Assembly (NCBI GenBank): GCA_035501355.1
Contig: DATJWJ010000263.1
Coordinates: 24,172 to 88,171 of the forward strand
DNA from: Bryobacteraceae bacterium
Lineage (GTDB): Bacteria; Acidobacteriota; Terriglobia; Bryobacterales; Bryobacteraceae
Length of the DNA stretch: 64,000 nucleotides
Reading direction: 5' to 3'
A program made the position numbers and the translations under genes. Every line of letters begins with the position of its first letter. Position 1 is the first letter of the stretch. The notes under the pieces were generated by a model. That model searched no databases. It was given only the letters and a program-made list of their open reading frames with translations, and had not been told where the DNA came from. This document shows positions 1 to 11,837 of this stretch, in pieces.

Positions 1-3666
<3,666 letters not shown>

Positions 3667-3690
3667 AACCAAGCTCAATTCGAATCAGCG

Positions 3691-3727
3691 ACGGCAGGTC
3701 CAAACTGGCCTGCCGTTTCTTTTTTTG
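3691..3727 (+). terminator. Rho-independent terminator of rpoC
   Basis: Stem ACGGCAGG (3691-3698) pairs with CCTGCCGT (3709-3716), extendable by 2 more pairs around a 6-nt loop, and is followed by TTTCTTTTTTT (3717-3727). It lies 25 nt after the rpoC stop. Confidence 0.8.
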
Positions 3728-3743
3728 GTGGAGTGGGCGATTT

Positions 3744-3764
3744 ACACGAGTTTCGTGTTACACT
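3744..3764 (+). promoter_or_regulatory. Putative vapBC promoter/operator
   Basis: Inverted repeat ACACGA-N3-TCGTGT (3744-3758) overlaps an extended -10 TGtTACACT (3756-3764). The hexamer ends 6 nt before the GTG start at 3771, and there is no Shine-Dalgarno. Confidence 0.35.
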
Positions 3765-3770
3765 GGATTC

Positions 3771-4010
3771 GTGAAGAACGTCACGATCAGCCTCGACGAG
3801 GAGCTCGCTCACTGGGCTCGACGCAAAGCAGCCGACGAGGACATCTCGGTCTCGAAATTGATCGCGCGCATGCTTGATCGTGAGCGCCGTGCTTCCGATT
3901 CCTACTGGCGCGCATATGAAGAGTGGAAGAAGCTTCCCCGCGATCTCGGTGGATCGATCGATGCTTCCAAGCGCATGACGCGAGAAGAGGCGCATGAACG
4001 GCGGCGATAA
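3771..4010 (+). CDS. vapB: Ribbon-helix-helix (CopG/VapB-like) antitoxin
   Basis: 79 aa with a GTG start. The N-terminal RHH-like VTISLDEELAHWARRKAADEDISVSKLIARML is present. The gene overlaps the downstream PIN gene by 17 nt. Confidence 0.75.
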   Translation: MKNVTISLDEELAHWARRKAADEDISVSKLIARMLDRERRASDSYWRAYEEWKKLPRDLGGSIDASKRMTREEAHERRR

Positions 4011-4452
4011 GTATTTCGTCGACTCCAATCTTCTACTGTACGCGCACGACGCCCGGAACAAGCAAAAACAACTCCGCGCGGAGGCATGGCTGGATTGGAT
4101 CTGGCAAAACGCTCTGGCCAACGTAAGCTGGCAAGTTCTCCAGGAGTTCTACGCCAACGCCGTTCTGAAGATGCGCGTTCCACCGCATTACGCTCGGAAA
4201 GTCGTCACCCTTTGGTCGGAATGGCACCCGCCCGAGGTCTCACTCGGCCTGCTGGAGCGCGCCTGGTACTGGACAGACCAGGCGAAGATCTCATTCTGGG
4301 ACTCGATGATCGTCGCCGCAGCCGAGCGGGCTCGTTGCCGCTGGCTATTGAGCGAGGATTTTCAGCCCGGGCGTGACTTCGGCGATCTGACTGTAGTCAA
4401 CCCGTTCGAGCACGAACCTGGCAGCCCGGCGCTGCGAAACGGTGGGGTTTAA
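3994..4452 (+). CDS. vapC: PIN-domain toxin (VapC family)
   Basis: 152 aa. Shows the PIN pattern YFVDSNLLLY (N-terminal acidic Asp), internal ...FWDSMIVAAA... and LLSEDF (C-terminal acidic residues), and pairs with the upstream RHH gene. Confidence 0.8.
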   Translation: MNGGDKYFVDSNLLLYAHDARNKQKQLRAEAWLDWIWQNALANVSWQVLQEFYANAVLKMRVPPHYARKVVTLWSEWHPPEVSLGLLERAWYWTDQAKISFWDSMIVAAAERARCRWLLSEDFQPGRDFGDLTVVNPFEHEPGSPALRNGGV

Positions 4453-4455
4453 TCG

Positions 4456-5130
4456 CTAGCGCGCCCGCCCCAAAGACAGCTCCAGCCCGACCAGTTCTTC
4501 CCGGATCTGAATCGGCCCAAACTTCGTCCGCGCCAGGAATTCCTCAAACTGTTTGCGCGTGTAGGCGCGCTTGAGCAGCATAAACCGGAACGTGAGCTTC
4601 GTGATCATCCGGTCGATCGCGCCTACGCCCATGCTATCCACCATCTTGGCGATCGCCTCCATCGGCGCATCTTTTCTCAAATCGATGATCAGCGCGCGGC
4701 CGCCGGGCTTGAGCACGCGATACATCTCCTGCAACGCTCGCACGGGCTCCGAAAAATTCTTGAACGCCGCGCGGCACAACAGGAAATCGAAAGACGCATC
4801 CTGGAACGGCATATTCGACGCGTTGCCTTGCTGGAAATCGACCTCCACTCCCGCTTGCGTCGCATTGCGCCGCGCAATTTCGACAAACGTGCGGCTAATG
4901 TCGAGCCCGGTAATCCGATGGCCGCCGATCTTCGCCAGCTCGATCGCGAAATAACCCGGCCCTGGCGCAACTTCCAACACACGGCTCTCCGCGGGCAATT
5001 CATCCGCGACACGCCGTGCCAGCGCCTTGAATTCGTCCAGCGACTTAATGGTTTGCGACGCGTACCATCTGGCGGTGAATCCTTCCATCCCCAGGCCCTT
5101 GTACGCCTTCCCGGCAACTGCGTGGCTCAT
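4456..5130 (-). CDS. Class I SAM-dependent methyltransferase
   Basis: 224 aa with motif I VLEVAPGPGYFAIELAK and post-I LDIS, plus LKPGGRALIID. SD GAGGGAGG lies upstream of the ATG. Confidence 0.85.
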   Translation of the reverse strand: MSHAVAGKAYKGLGMEGFTARWYASQTIKSLDEFKALARRVADELPAESRVLEVAPGPGYFAIELAKIGGHRITGLDISRTFVEIARRNATQAGVEVDFQQGNASNMPFQDASFDFLLCRAAFKNFSEPVRALQEMYRVLKPGGRALIIDLRKDAPMEAIAKMVDSMGVGAIDRMITKLTFRFMLLKRAYTRKQFEEFLARTKFGPIQIREELVGLELSLGRAR

Positions 5131-5253
5131 AAAATCCTCCCTCGCAATTCGATCCTAAAGCCGCGCAGCTCCGGCGGCCCATCGCGAATCGGCGAGCGCA
5201 GCCGGGAAGTCGGTGAACGGCGCAGTTCGCCGACCGGACGCCGGCGCTAGGGA

Positions 5254-6444
5254 TCAATAATCAGGAAGCGTGATCTTGTCCACCAGGTCGCGGCTGAACG
5301 CGGTCCGGGCAATCCAGGGGAATCTCACAAGATTCATCACCTGGTTGCGAATGAACATCGCCGCCTTCGATTTGGGTCCAAACAGAACGCGCAGACGCAG
5401 CGCCGCTTCTTGCTTTTGCCGCACGAAGGGCGCAAAGAGCGCCTGGTAGCTGGCGAACGCCCTGGCGTAATCGCCATCGGCGCGATGCAGCTCGCCGGCC
5501 AGAATATAAGCCGCCACCATCGCCAGCGCCGAACCCTGTCCAGCCAGCAGCGATACGCAGGAAGCCGCATCGCCGATCAGCGACACGCGCCCGTGCGTCC
5601 ACAAGCCCGGCTGCGCATCCATGCGAATCTGGCTGACGCGGTCGAAGTAGAGATCAGTGGAGGCATCCAGCCGCTCGAGAATCCGCGGGCATTCCCAACC
5701 GCTGTTTCCGAAGCGCGACCGCAATAAGGCTTTTTGCGCGGGAAGATCGCTGGCCGATGTGCCACCGGGCTCGCGATCGGCAAAGGTGAAAAGGAACATG
5801 CTGCGATCGTCGCGCATCGAAAATCGCATTACCTGCTGGCCGAGCTCCGTGAACATCAGGTACACCAATTCATCTCTGGGCCGGTAGCCGTCGGCCTCGA
5901 AACCGGCAACCATGTAGCCCAGGTGTTTCTCGAAGCGCTGTTCGGCGCCGAAAACCAGTTCACGAACACGCGAGTGCAAGCCGTCGGCTCCTATTACCAG
6001 GTCAAACTCTCGCTGCTCTCCGCGCTCGAACGTGACGCGAACGCGCTTGTCGTCCTGCTCGATCCGGCACACGCTGTCGTCAAATATGGTTTCGACGCTG
6101 CTTTCGATCTTGCAGAAGATGGTCGCCGCCAGATCGCCTCGCGGGAGGCTGAGAAAACGTCCTCCCAGGACCTGAGAAATTCCGTCGGTCGGAAAGCCCG
6201 CCACTTTTCTGCCCGAGGAATCGACGACCCTGACTTCCTGGATCATGTAGCCTTTGCGTCTAATCTCCGGCAGCAGCTCCATGCGCTCGGCGATGTCGAA
6301 ACCCGCGCCCCAGAAGTCGATGATGTAGCCGCCGGTTCGCAACTTCGGCGCCCGCTCAACGATCGTGGGTTGAAAGCCGTAGCGCGCCAGCCAATAGGCG
6401 AGCGTAGGTCCTGCAATTCCCGCACCCGATATCAGCACTCGCAT
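5254..6444 (-). CDS. FAD-dependent monooxygenase (UbiH/TetX-like aromatic hydroxylase family)
   Basis: 396 aa with the dinucleotide fold MRVLISGAGIAGPTLAYWLA, DLVIGADGLHSRVR, and the GDAA motif (LIGDAASCV). Confidence 0.85.
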   Translation of the reverse strand: MRVLISGAGIAGPTLAYWLARYGFQPTIVERAPKLRTGGYIIDFWGAGFDIAERMELLPEIRRKGYMIQEVRVVDSSGRKVAGFPTDGISQVLGGRFLSLPRGDLAATIFCKIESSVETIFDDSVCRIEQDDKRVRVTFERGEQREFDLVIGADGLHSRVRELVFGAEQRFEKHLGYMVAGFEADGYRPRDELVYLMFTELGQQVMRFSMRDDRSMFLFTFADREPGGTSASDLPAQKALLRSRFGNSGWECPRILERLDASTDLYFDRVSQIRMDAQPGLWTHGRVSLIGDAASCVSLLAGQGSALAMVAAYILAGELHRADGDYARAFASYQALFAPFVRQKQEAALRLRVLFGPKSKAAMFIRNQVMNLVRFPWIARTAFSRDLVDKITLPDY

Positions 6445-6470
6445 GGGGAAGGGCGACGAACACTTTTATA

Positions 6471-8981
6471 TTACTCCCAGCGCAGCGCGCGCACCGGATC
6501 AACCAACGTCGCCCGCCGCGCCGGAACGTAGCCCGACACCGCCGCAACCAGTGCGATGGCGACTGTCGCGAGCGCGATATTCAGCGCATCGTTGGGCTGG
6601 ATGCCGAACAGTTGCGACTTCGCCAGCTTGGTCAGCGCCAGCGCCGCGGGCAGCCCAATCGCAATACCGATCGCAGCCAGCACCAGCACGTCTTTCATGA
6701 CCAGCCAAACCACGTCGCCTTGCCCGGCGCCCAGCGCCATTCTCACGCCGATCTCGCGGGTCCGCTGTGCCACCACGTAAGCCATCACCCCGTACACGCC
6801 GATCGCGGCCAGCAGCGTCGCCAGAATTCCGAAACCGGCCGAGAGCGCCGCCACCAGACGCTCGGCGATCAGCGACTCCTGCTGCTGTTTTTCGAGCGTC
6901 TCCATACCAGCCACCGGCAGATTCGGATCCAAACCATTTACCACCCTGCGAATCGAAGAAAATGCCTGCTCCGGCGTACGCGTGGTGCGCACGTAGCCCG
7001 TCATCCCCAGAACGAAATTCACCTGGCGATACGGCTGATAAACCTCGATGGGAACCTCCTCGCGCATGCTCTCATACTTGGTATTCCCTGCGATGCCCAC
7101 AATCTCGATATCCAGCTTGGTTCCCGGATCCCCGCCCATGCCGATGTGCCGGCCGAGCGCATTACCGTCCTTGAAATACTTCCTGGCGAATTTTTCATTG
7201 ACAATGCAGACCTGTTGCGCGCCGCGGGCATCGGTGATGCGAAAATCGCGGCCCGCCAGAATCGGGATGTGCATGGTCTTGAAGTAGTCCGGCGAAACGA
7301 ACTGCATGTGCGGATCGGGAGTGTTGGTGGGCGTGTTCGCGAACCCTTCCACGGCCATGCTGTTGTCCCATTCGTCGCCGGCAAGAACTGGCATGACCGC
7401 CAGCGCCGACGATTCAACGCCCGGAATCGCATTTAAATTCTCCCGGAGCTGCCGGTAAAAATCCAAACTGCGCTCGGGTTTGTAGCCGCTCAGCGTGGGA
7501 TTAATCTGGAATTCCAGCAAATTGCCGATTTGAAAACCCGGATCGAGTTCCTTCAGATTTCTCAGGCTGCGAATGAACAAGCCGGCGCCAATCAGCAGCA
7601 GCAGAGACAGCGTGACCTGCGCCACCACCAGCGTCTTGCGAATTCCCACCGAGGTTCCGCCCGCGATCGAACCAACCTGGTCTTTTAACGTCCCGGCCAG
7701 CTGCGGGCGCGTCGATTGCAGCGCTGGCGCGAGCCCGAAAATAGCGCCGGTCAGCAGCGAGACGCCCAGGGTGAATAGCAGGATGCGCGCATCGGGCGCC
7801 GTGGAAATGGTAATCGGGGAATCGCCCGCGGGCAGGAAACTGATCAGCGCCTGATCGATCCACACGGCCAGTATCAGGCCGGCAATTCCGCCCGCCAGCG
7901 CGAGTGTAAGGCTCTCCACCAATAGTTGCGACACTATGCGCCGCCGGTTCGCTCCCAGTGCCAGCCGCACCGCGATCTCCTTCTGCCGCGCAGTGGCGCG
8001 CGCGATCAGCAGATTCGCCACATTCGCGCACGCAATCAACAACACCAGCCCGACAATGGCGGTCAGCACCAGCAGCGCGTTTGAGAATTGCAAGCGCAGA
8101 TCGGAATCTCCTTTGGATGCAGGCAACAGGTCCATCCACATCGTCAGGAAACGCTGCCTGGTTTCCGGAGCCGCGCGGGCGAAGGCCTTTTCCCGTACTT
8201 CCATTTCCAGCATCTGATGAAAGAACGGCTGCAGCGACGCCTTGGCCTGCCGCAAGCTCACGCCCGGTTTCAGCCTTCCGAAAACATTGATCCAGCGTCC
8301 GCGCCGAGAAGTAAAGTTGTAATCGAACCCCGCACCCACCGGGTCCATCTGCGCCTTCATCGTCAAGGGCACGCGGATCTGCGGCGAAGCTCCCGGATTC
8401 GTTCCATCAAAACCGGCCTGGCTCACGCCGATGATCGTCAAAGGATATCCATTCACCAGGATCTTCTTCCCAATCACGTTCGGATCCCGCGCGAAGCGGC
8501 TCACCCAATATCGATAACTGAGCACGGCCAGAGGATGCCCGCCCGGCGTCTTATCGTCTTCCGGATTAAACACGCGTCCCAGCGCGGGCCCCACGCCGAG
8601 CACCGGAAAATACGTGCCCGAAACCAGCTCACCGTCCACGCGCTCGGTCTTGCCGTCGGCGCTCACGCTCATCGAATTCCCCCAGCGCGCGAACATCCCG
8701 CTGAACACCTGGTTGTGAGCGCTGAAGTCCTGATACATGGGAAAAGAAAGCCGGTAGCGGCCATTGTTGCTGCCGTAATGCGGCCCGCGCCCCCACAGCA
8801 GCACCAGTTGTTGCGGATCTTTAACCGGCAGCAGCCGCAGCAGAAGCTGGTCCACCAGCGTGAAGATCGCCGCGTTCGCCCCGATGCCGAAAGCTAGCGA
8901 CAGCAGCGCCACAGTAACAAAAAGGGGCGCCTTCCGAAAAGTCCGGAGCGCATAACGGAAGTCCTGCAGCAAATTGCCCAT
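6471..8981 (-). CDS. ADOP-family duplicated FtsX/MacB-type permease (no ATPase domain)
   Basis: 836 aa. The N-terminus LQDFRYALRTFRKAPLFVTVALLSLAFGIGANAAIFTL is typical of TIGR03434-type proteins. There are two FtsX-like 4-TM modules (..LIACANVANLLIARATARQKEIAVRLALGA.. and ..AQRTREIGVRMALGA..). Confidence 0.9.
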   Translation of the reverse strand: MGNLLQDFRYALRTFRKAPLFVTVALLSLAFGIGANAAIFTLVDQLLLRLLPVKDPQQLVLLWGRGPHYGSNNGRYRLSFPMYQDFSAHNQVFSGMFARWGNSMSVSADGKTERVDGELVSGTYFPVLGVGPALGRVFNPEDDKTPGGHPLAVLSYRYWVSRFARDPNVIGKKILVNGYPLTIIGVSQAGFDGTNPGASPQIRVPLTMKAQMDPVGAGFDYNFTSRRGRWINVFGRLKPGVSLRQAKASLQPFFHQMLEMEVREKAFARAAPETRQRFLTMWMDLLPASKGDSDLRLQFSNALLVLTAIVGLVLLIACANVANLLIARATARQKEIAVRLALGANRRRIVSQLLVESLTLALAGGIAGLILAVWIDQALISFLPAGDSPITISTAPDARILLFTLGVSLLTGAIFGLAPALQSTRPQLAGTLKDQVGSIAGGTSVGIRKTLVVAQVTLSLLLLIGAGLFIRSLRNLKELDPGFQIGNLLEFQINPTLSGYKPERSLDFYRQLRENLNAIPGVESSALAVMPVLAGDEWDNSMAVEGFANTPTNTPDPHMQFVSPDYFKTMHIPILAGRDFRITDARGAQQVCIVNEKFARKYFKDGNALGRHIGMGGDPGTKLDIEIVGIAGNTKYESMREEVPIEVYQPYRQVNFVLGMTGYVRTTRTPEQAFSSIRRVVNGLDPNLPVAGMETLEKQQQESLIAERLVAALSAGFGILATLLAAIGVYGVMAYVVAQRTREIGVRMALGAGQGDVVWLVMKDVLVLAAIGIAIGLPAALALTKLAKSQLFGIQPNDALNIALATVAIALVAAVSGYVPARRATLVDPVRALRWE

Positions 8982-9165
8982 GACGTGATTACTCCGCTTC
9001 TACAAGAACGTTACAGGGCGCCAAAAGTTAGGCGGCAAGCGAACCCAGGCGGATGGTCCAGGGCGAAATGATGCCCGCACCAATCTGCTTGCTGTCCCAG
9101 GCTAAGCGCCGCCGCGTGTCCGAATTACAGCAAAAACCCTCGGGTTTTCCATGACCCAGCCTCGC

Positions 9166-9194
9166 TTCAAGTGTGGCCGCCGCGCTGGTAGAAT
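9166..9194 (+). promoter_or_regulatory. Putative sigma70-type promoter of the kinase operon
   Basis: TTCAAG (9166-9171), a 17-nt spacer, then TGgTAGAAT (-10 at 9189-9194). The ATG at 9207 is 12 nt downstream, with no SD. Confidence 0.3.
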
Positions 9195-9206
9195 CAATCG
9201 ACGCCC

Positions 9207-11360
9207 ATGACTCTTGCCGCGGGAACTCGCCTGGGCCCCTACGAGCTGCTGTTGCCGATGGGCGAAGGCGGCATGGGCGAGGTGTGGAAAGCCCGCGATA
9301 CGCGCCTCGATCGCATCGTCGCCATCAAGCGGCTCAAACGCGAACACAGCGCCCGATTCGAACAAGAAGCCCGCGCCATCGCCGCTCTGAATCATCCTCA
9401 CATTTGCACCTTGCACGACATCGGCGACGATTACCTGGTAATGGAGTATGTCGAGGGCTCGCCTCCCTGCGGACCGATGCCGCCGGAACAGGCCGTGCGG
9501 CTTGCCCTCCAGATCGCCGGCGCGCTGGAGGAAGCGCACTCCAAAGGAATCCTGCACCGCGATCTGAAGCCCGCCAATATCTTGATCACCAGCAAGGGTG
9601 CGGCCAAGCTGCTCGACTTCGGTTTGGCCAAACTGGCCGTCTCATCCGACCTGACCCAGACGGCCGCGGGCGCACTGATGGGGACCCCGTTGTACATGTC
9701 CCCGGAACAGGCCGACGGCAAACTGGCCGACGAACGTTCCGAAATCTTCAGCTTCGGCGCGGTGTTGTACGAAATGCTAACAGGCAAGCGGGCATTCGAC
9801 AGCATTGCCGCCGTTGTACGAGACAACCCGGCCCCGCCGCCAGCTCCACCGGAGCTGCAGCGTGTAGTCATGCGCTGCCTCGCCAAGCAGCCCTCCGAGC
9901 GGTTCCAGAACATGACGGAGTTGAAAAAGTCGCTGGAACGCGCCGGCACTAAGCCCGTCGACCGCCCACAGCCATCCATCGCCGTGCTCCCGTTCGCCAA
10001 CATGAGCCGGGATGCCGACGACGAGTATTTCTCCGACGGCCTGGCCGAAGAAATCATCAACGCGCTCACTGAAGTCCCCGGCATCAAAGTCATCGCCCGC
10101 ACCTCCGCCTTCGCCTTCAAAGGCAAGAACGAGGACATCCGCAAGATTGCCGAAGCGCTCGGCGTGACTAATGTGTTGGAAGGCAGCGTCCGCCGCGCCG
10201 GCACCCGCCTGCGCGTTACCGCGCAATTGATTCATGCCGCCGACGGAACCCATCTCTGGTCCCAGCGTTACGACCGCGAGCTGACGGACGTATTCGCTTT
10301 GCAGGACGAGATCTCCGCGGGCATCGCCGTGGCGCTGAGAGGCAGGCTGGCGTCAATCTCGGCCGCCTTCCGGACCAAGGCCGCCGCGCAGTCCGCCGTT
10401 TACACGCCCAAGCTCGAAGCCTACGATGCTCTGTTGCGGGCTCGCTATCACCTGAATAAGGCCACGCCCGAATCGATGGCTCAAGCGCGGAAAGCCCTGG
10501 AGGAGGCCATCGCACTCGATCCGGATTATGCACTGCCCCATAGCGACCTTGGAAGCCTTTTCCAAGCTTCCGCGATTTACCATATCTTGCCGGCACACGA
10601 AAGCACTCCGTTGGCGCGGGCCGCAATTCAGAAGGCGCTCGATATCGATCCCTCTCTGCCGGAGGCTTTGGCTAATCTCGGGTCCATTGCTGCTGTGTAC
10701 GATTACGATTGGAACGAAGCAGAGCGTTTGTTCAAGCTAGTCCTGGCGACTGGGGCGGTTTCACCTGCTGTTCGTTTTTCCGCTGGCGCTTATCTGTTTC
10801 ACGCCGGACGGACCAGCGAGGCGATTGAACAGTTGGAGCGCGCCGTTCAGGATGATCCCCTTAACCTTACCTGCCGGACTGTCCTGGCATTCTGCCTGAT
10901 GGTCTACCGTGAAGCGGATGCAGAAAGGGAATTGCGGCGCGTTCTCGAGCGCGATCCCAGCTTTTACCTGGCTCATCATTTTCTGGACATGCTCCACGTC
11001 CAGCGCGGAAATCTTCCGGAGGCGCTGGCGGAAGCCGAAAAAGCCTTTGCTCTTGCGCCCTGGGTTGGTTGGGTCCGAGGATTTCTCGCGGGCCTGCTCG
11101 CCATTACGGGCGAATCCACCCGGGCCGAGAGCTTGCTGAGCGAACTGGGAGACGGCGCCGCGTATGGCGCTCCGTTCGGATTGTTTTGCTACCACTTCAT
11201 CCGCGGGGATATGGAACAAGCGGCGGATTGGGTAGAGAAAGCAATCCTGCAACGCGACCCTGCACTCCTGTATCCCCTACGCCTTCCGCTCCTGAACAAA
11301 TTACGGCAAAGCTCCCGCTGGCCCCCGCTGGCGAAAATGATGAGCCTTCCGGAGACTTGA
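9207..11360 (+). CDS. Ser/Thr protein kinase with TolB-N-like and TPR C-terminal region
   Basis: 717 aa. Hanks kinase motifs are GEGGMGEVWKA, VAIKRL, HRDLKPANIL, DFGLAK and SPEQ. These are followed by SIAVLPFANMSRDADDEYFSDGLAEEIINAL...VLEGSVRR and TPR-like repeats. No TM segment is seen. Confidence 0.9.
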   Translation: MTLAAGTRLGPYELLLPMGEGGMGEVWKARDTRLDRIVAIKRLKREHSARFEQEARAIAALNHPHICTLHDIGDDYLVMEYVEGSPPCGPMPPEQAVRLALQIAGALEEAHSKGILHRDLKPANILITSKGAAKLLDFGLAKLAVSSDLTQTAAGALMGTPLYMSPEQADGKLADERSEIFSFGAVLYEMLTGKRAFDSIAAVVRDNPAPPPAPPELQRVVMRCLAKQPSERFQNMTELKKSLERAGTKPVDRPQPSIAVLPFANMSRDADDEYFSDGLAEEIINALTEVPGIKVIARTSAFAFKGKNEDIRKIAEALGVTNVLEGSVRRAGTRLRVTAQLIHAADGTHLWSQRYDRELTDVFALQDEISAGIAVALRGRLASISAAFRTKAAAQSAVYTPKLEAYDALLRARYHLNKATPESMAQARKALEEAIALDPDYALPHSDLGSLFQASAIYHILPAHESTPLARAAIQKALDIDPSLPEALANLGSIAAVYDYDWNEAERLFKLVLATGAVSPAVRFSAGAYLFHAGRTSEAIEQLERAVQDDPLNLTCRTVLAFCLMVYREADAERELRRVLERDPSFYLAHHFLDMLHVQRGNLPEALAEAEKAFALAPWVGWVRGFLAGLLAITGESTRAESLLSELGDGAAYGAPFGLFCYHFIRGDMEQAADWVEKAILQRDPALLYPLRLPLLNKLRQSSRWPPLAKMMSLPET

Positions 11361-11363
11361 GCC

Positions 11364-11837
11364 ATGGGTGATTTCTTATCCGCCTTGCTTCCGGCCAGCG
11401 CCGATAACACCGTCCCCGGAATGAAATTGCCGGTATACGTATTCGCGCTCATCGCGGTTGTGAGCACGGTGCGGAGCCTGATCCATCTTTTGGCTCCCGA
11501 TGGCGGCGCGGGCAGCATAGCGGGCATGGATTTAAACGTTGCCGGCGCGAACGGCATCGTCTTTGCCTTCGCTCTCTGGGGCAGCTCGCAGTTTATCTAC
11601 GCACTAATTCAACTGGCCGTCGTGTTTCGATACCGCTCTTTGATCCCATTCATGTATGTGCTCTTGATTCTGGAAGCGCTGCTGCGCATGCTGGTGGGAC
11701 GGATGAAACCGGTGGTCTTCGCGCACACGCCGCCAGGCGCGATCGGCAACTGGGTCATCCTGCCATTGGCCGCCGTGATGCTAGTGCTCTGTTTGCGGCG
11801 AGAGCACGTAGCCGTCGCGGCGCGAGACACGCCATGA
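11364..11837 (+). CDS. Hypothetical 4-TM membrane protein
   Basis: 157 aa with four hydrophobic helices. It starts 3 nt after the kinase stop with SD GGAGAC, and its stop overlaps the next ATG (ATGA at 11834-11837). Confidence 0.6.
   Translation: MGDFLSALLPASADNTVPGMKLPVYVFALIAVVSTVRSLIHLLAPDGGAGSIAGMDLNVAGANGIVFAFALWGSSQFIYALIQLAVVFRYRSLIPFMYVLLILEALLRMLVGRMKPVVFAHTPPGAIGNWVILPLAAVMLVLCLRREHVAVAARDTP

Noticed and set aside
9132-9148. Small hairpin AAAACCC-TC-GGGTTTT between ADOP1 and the kinase gene
   Set aside because: It lies in a divergent promoter region with no upstream gene to terminate on either strand. The loop is too small and the T-run is part of the stem.
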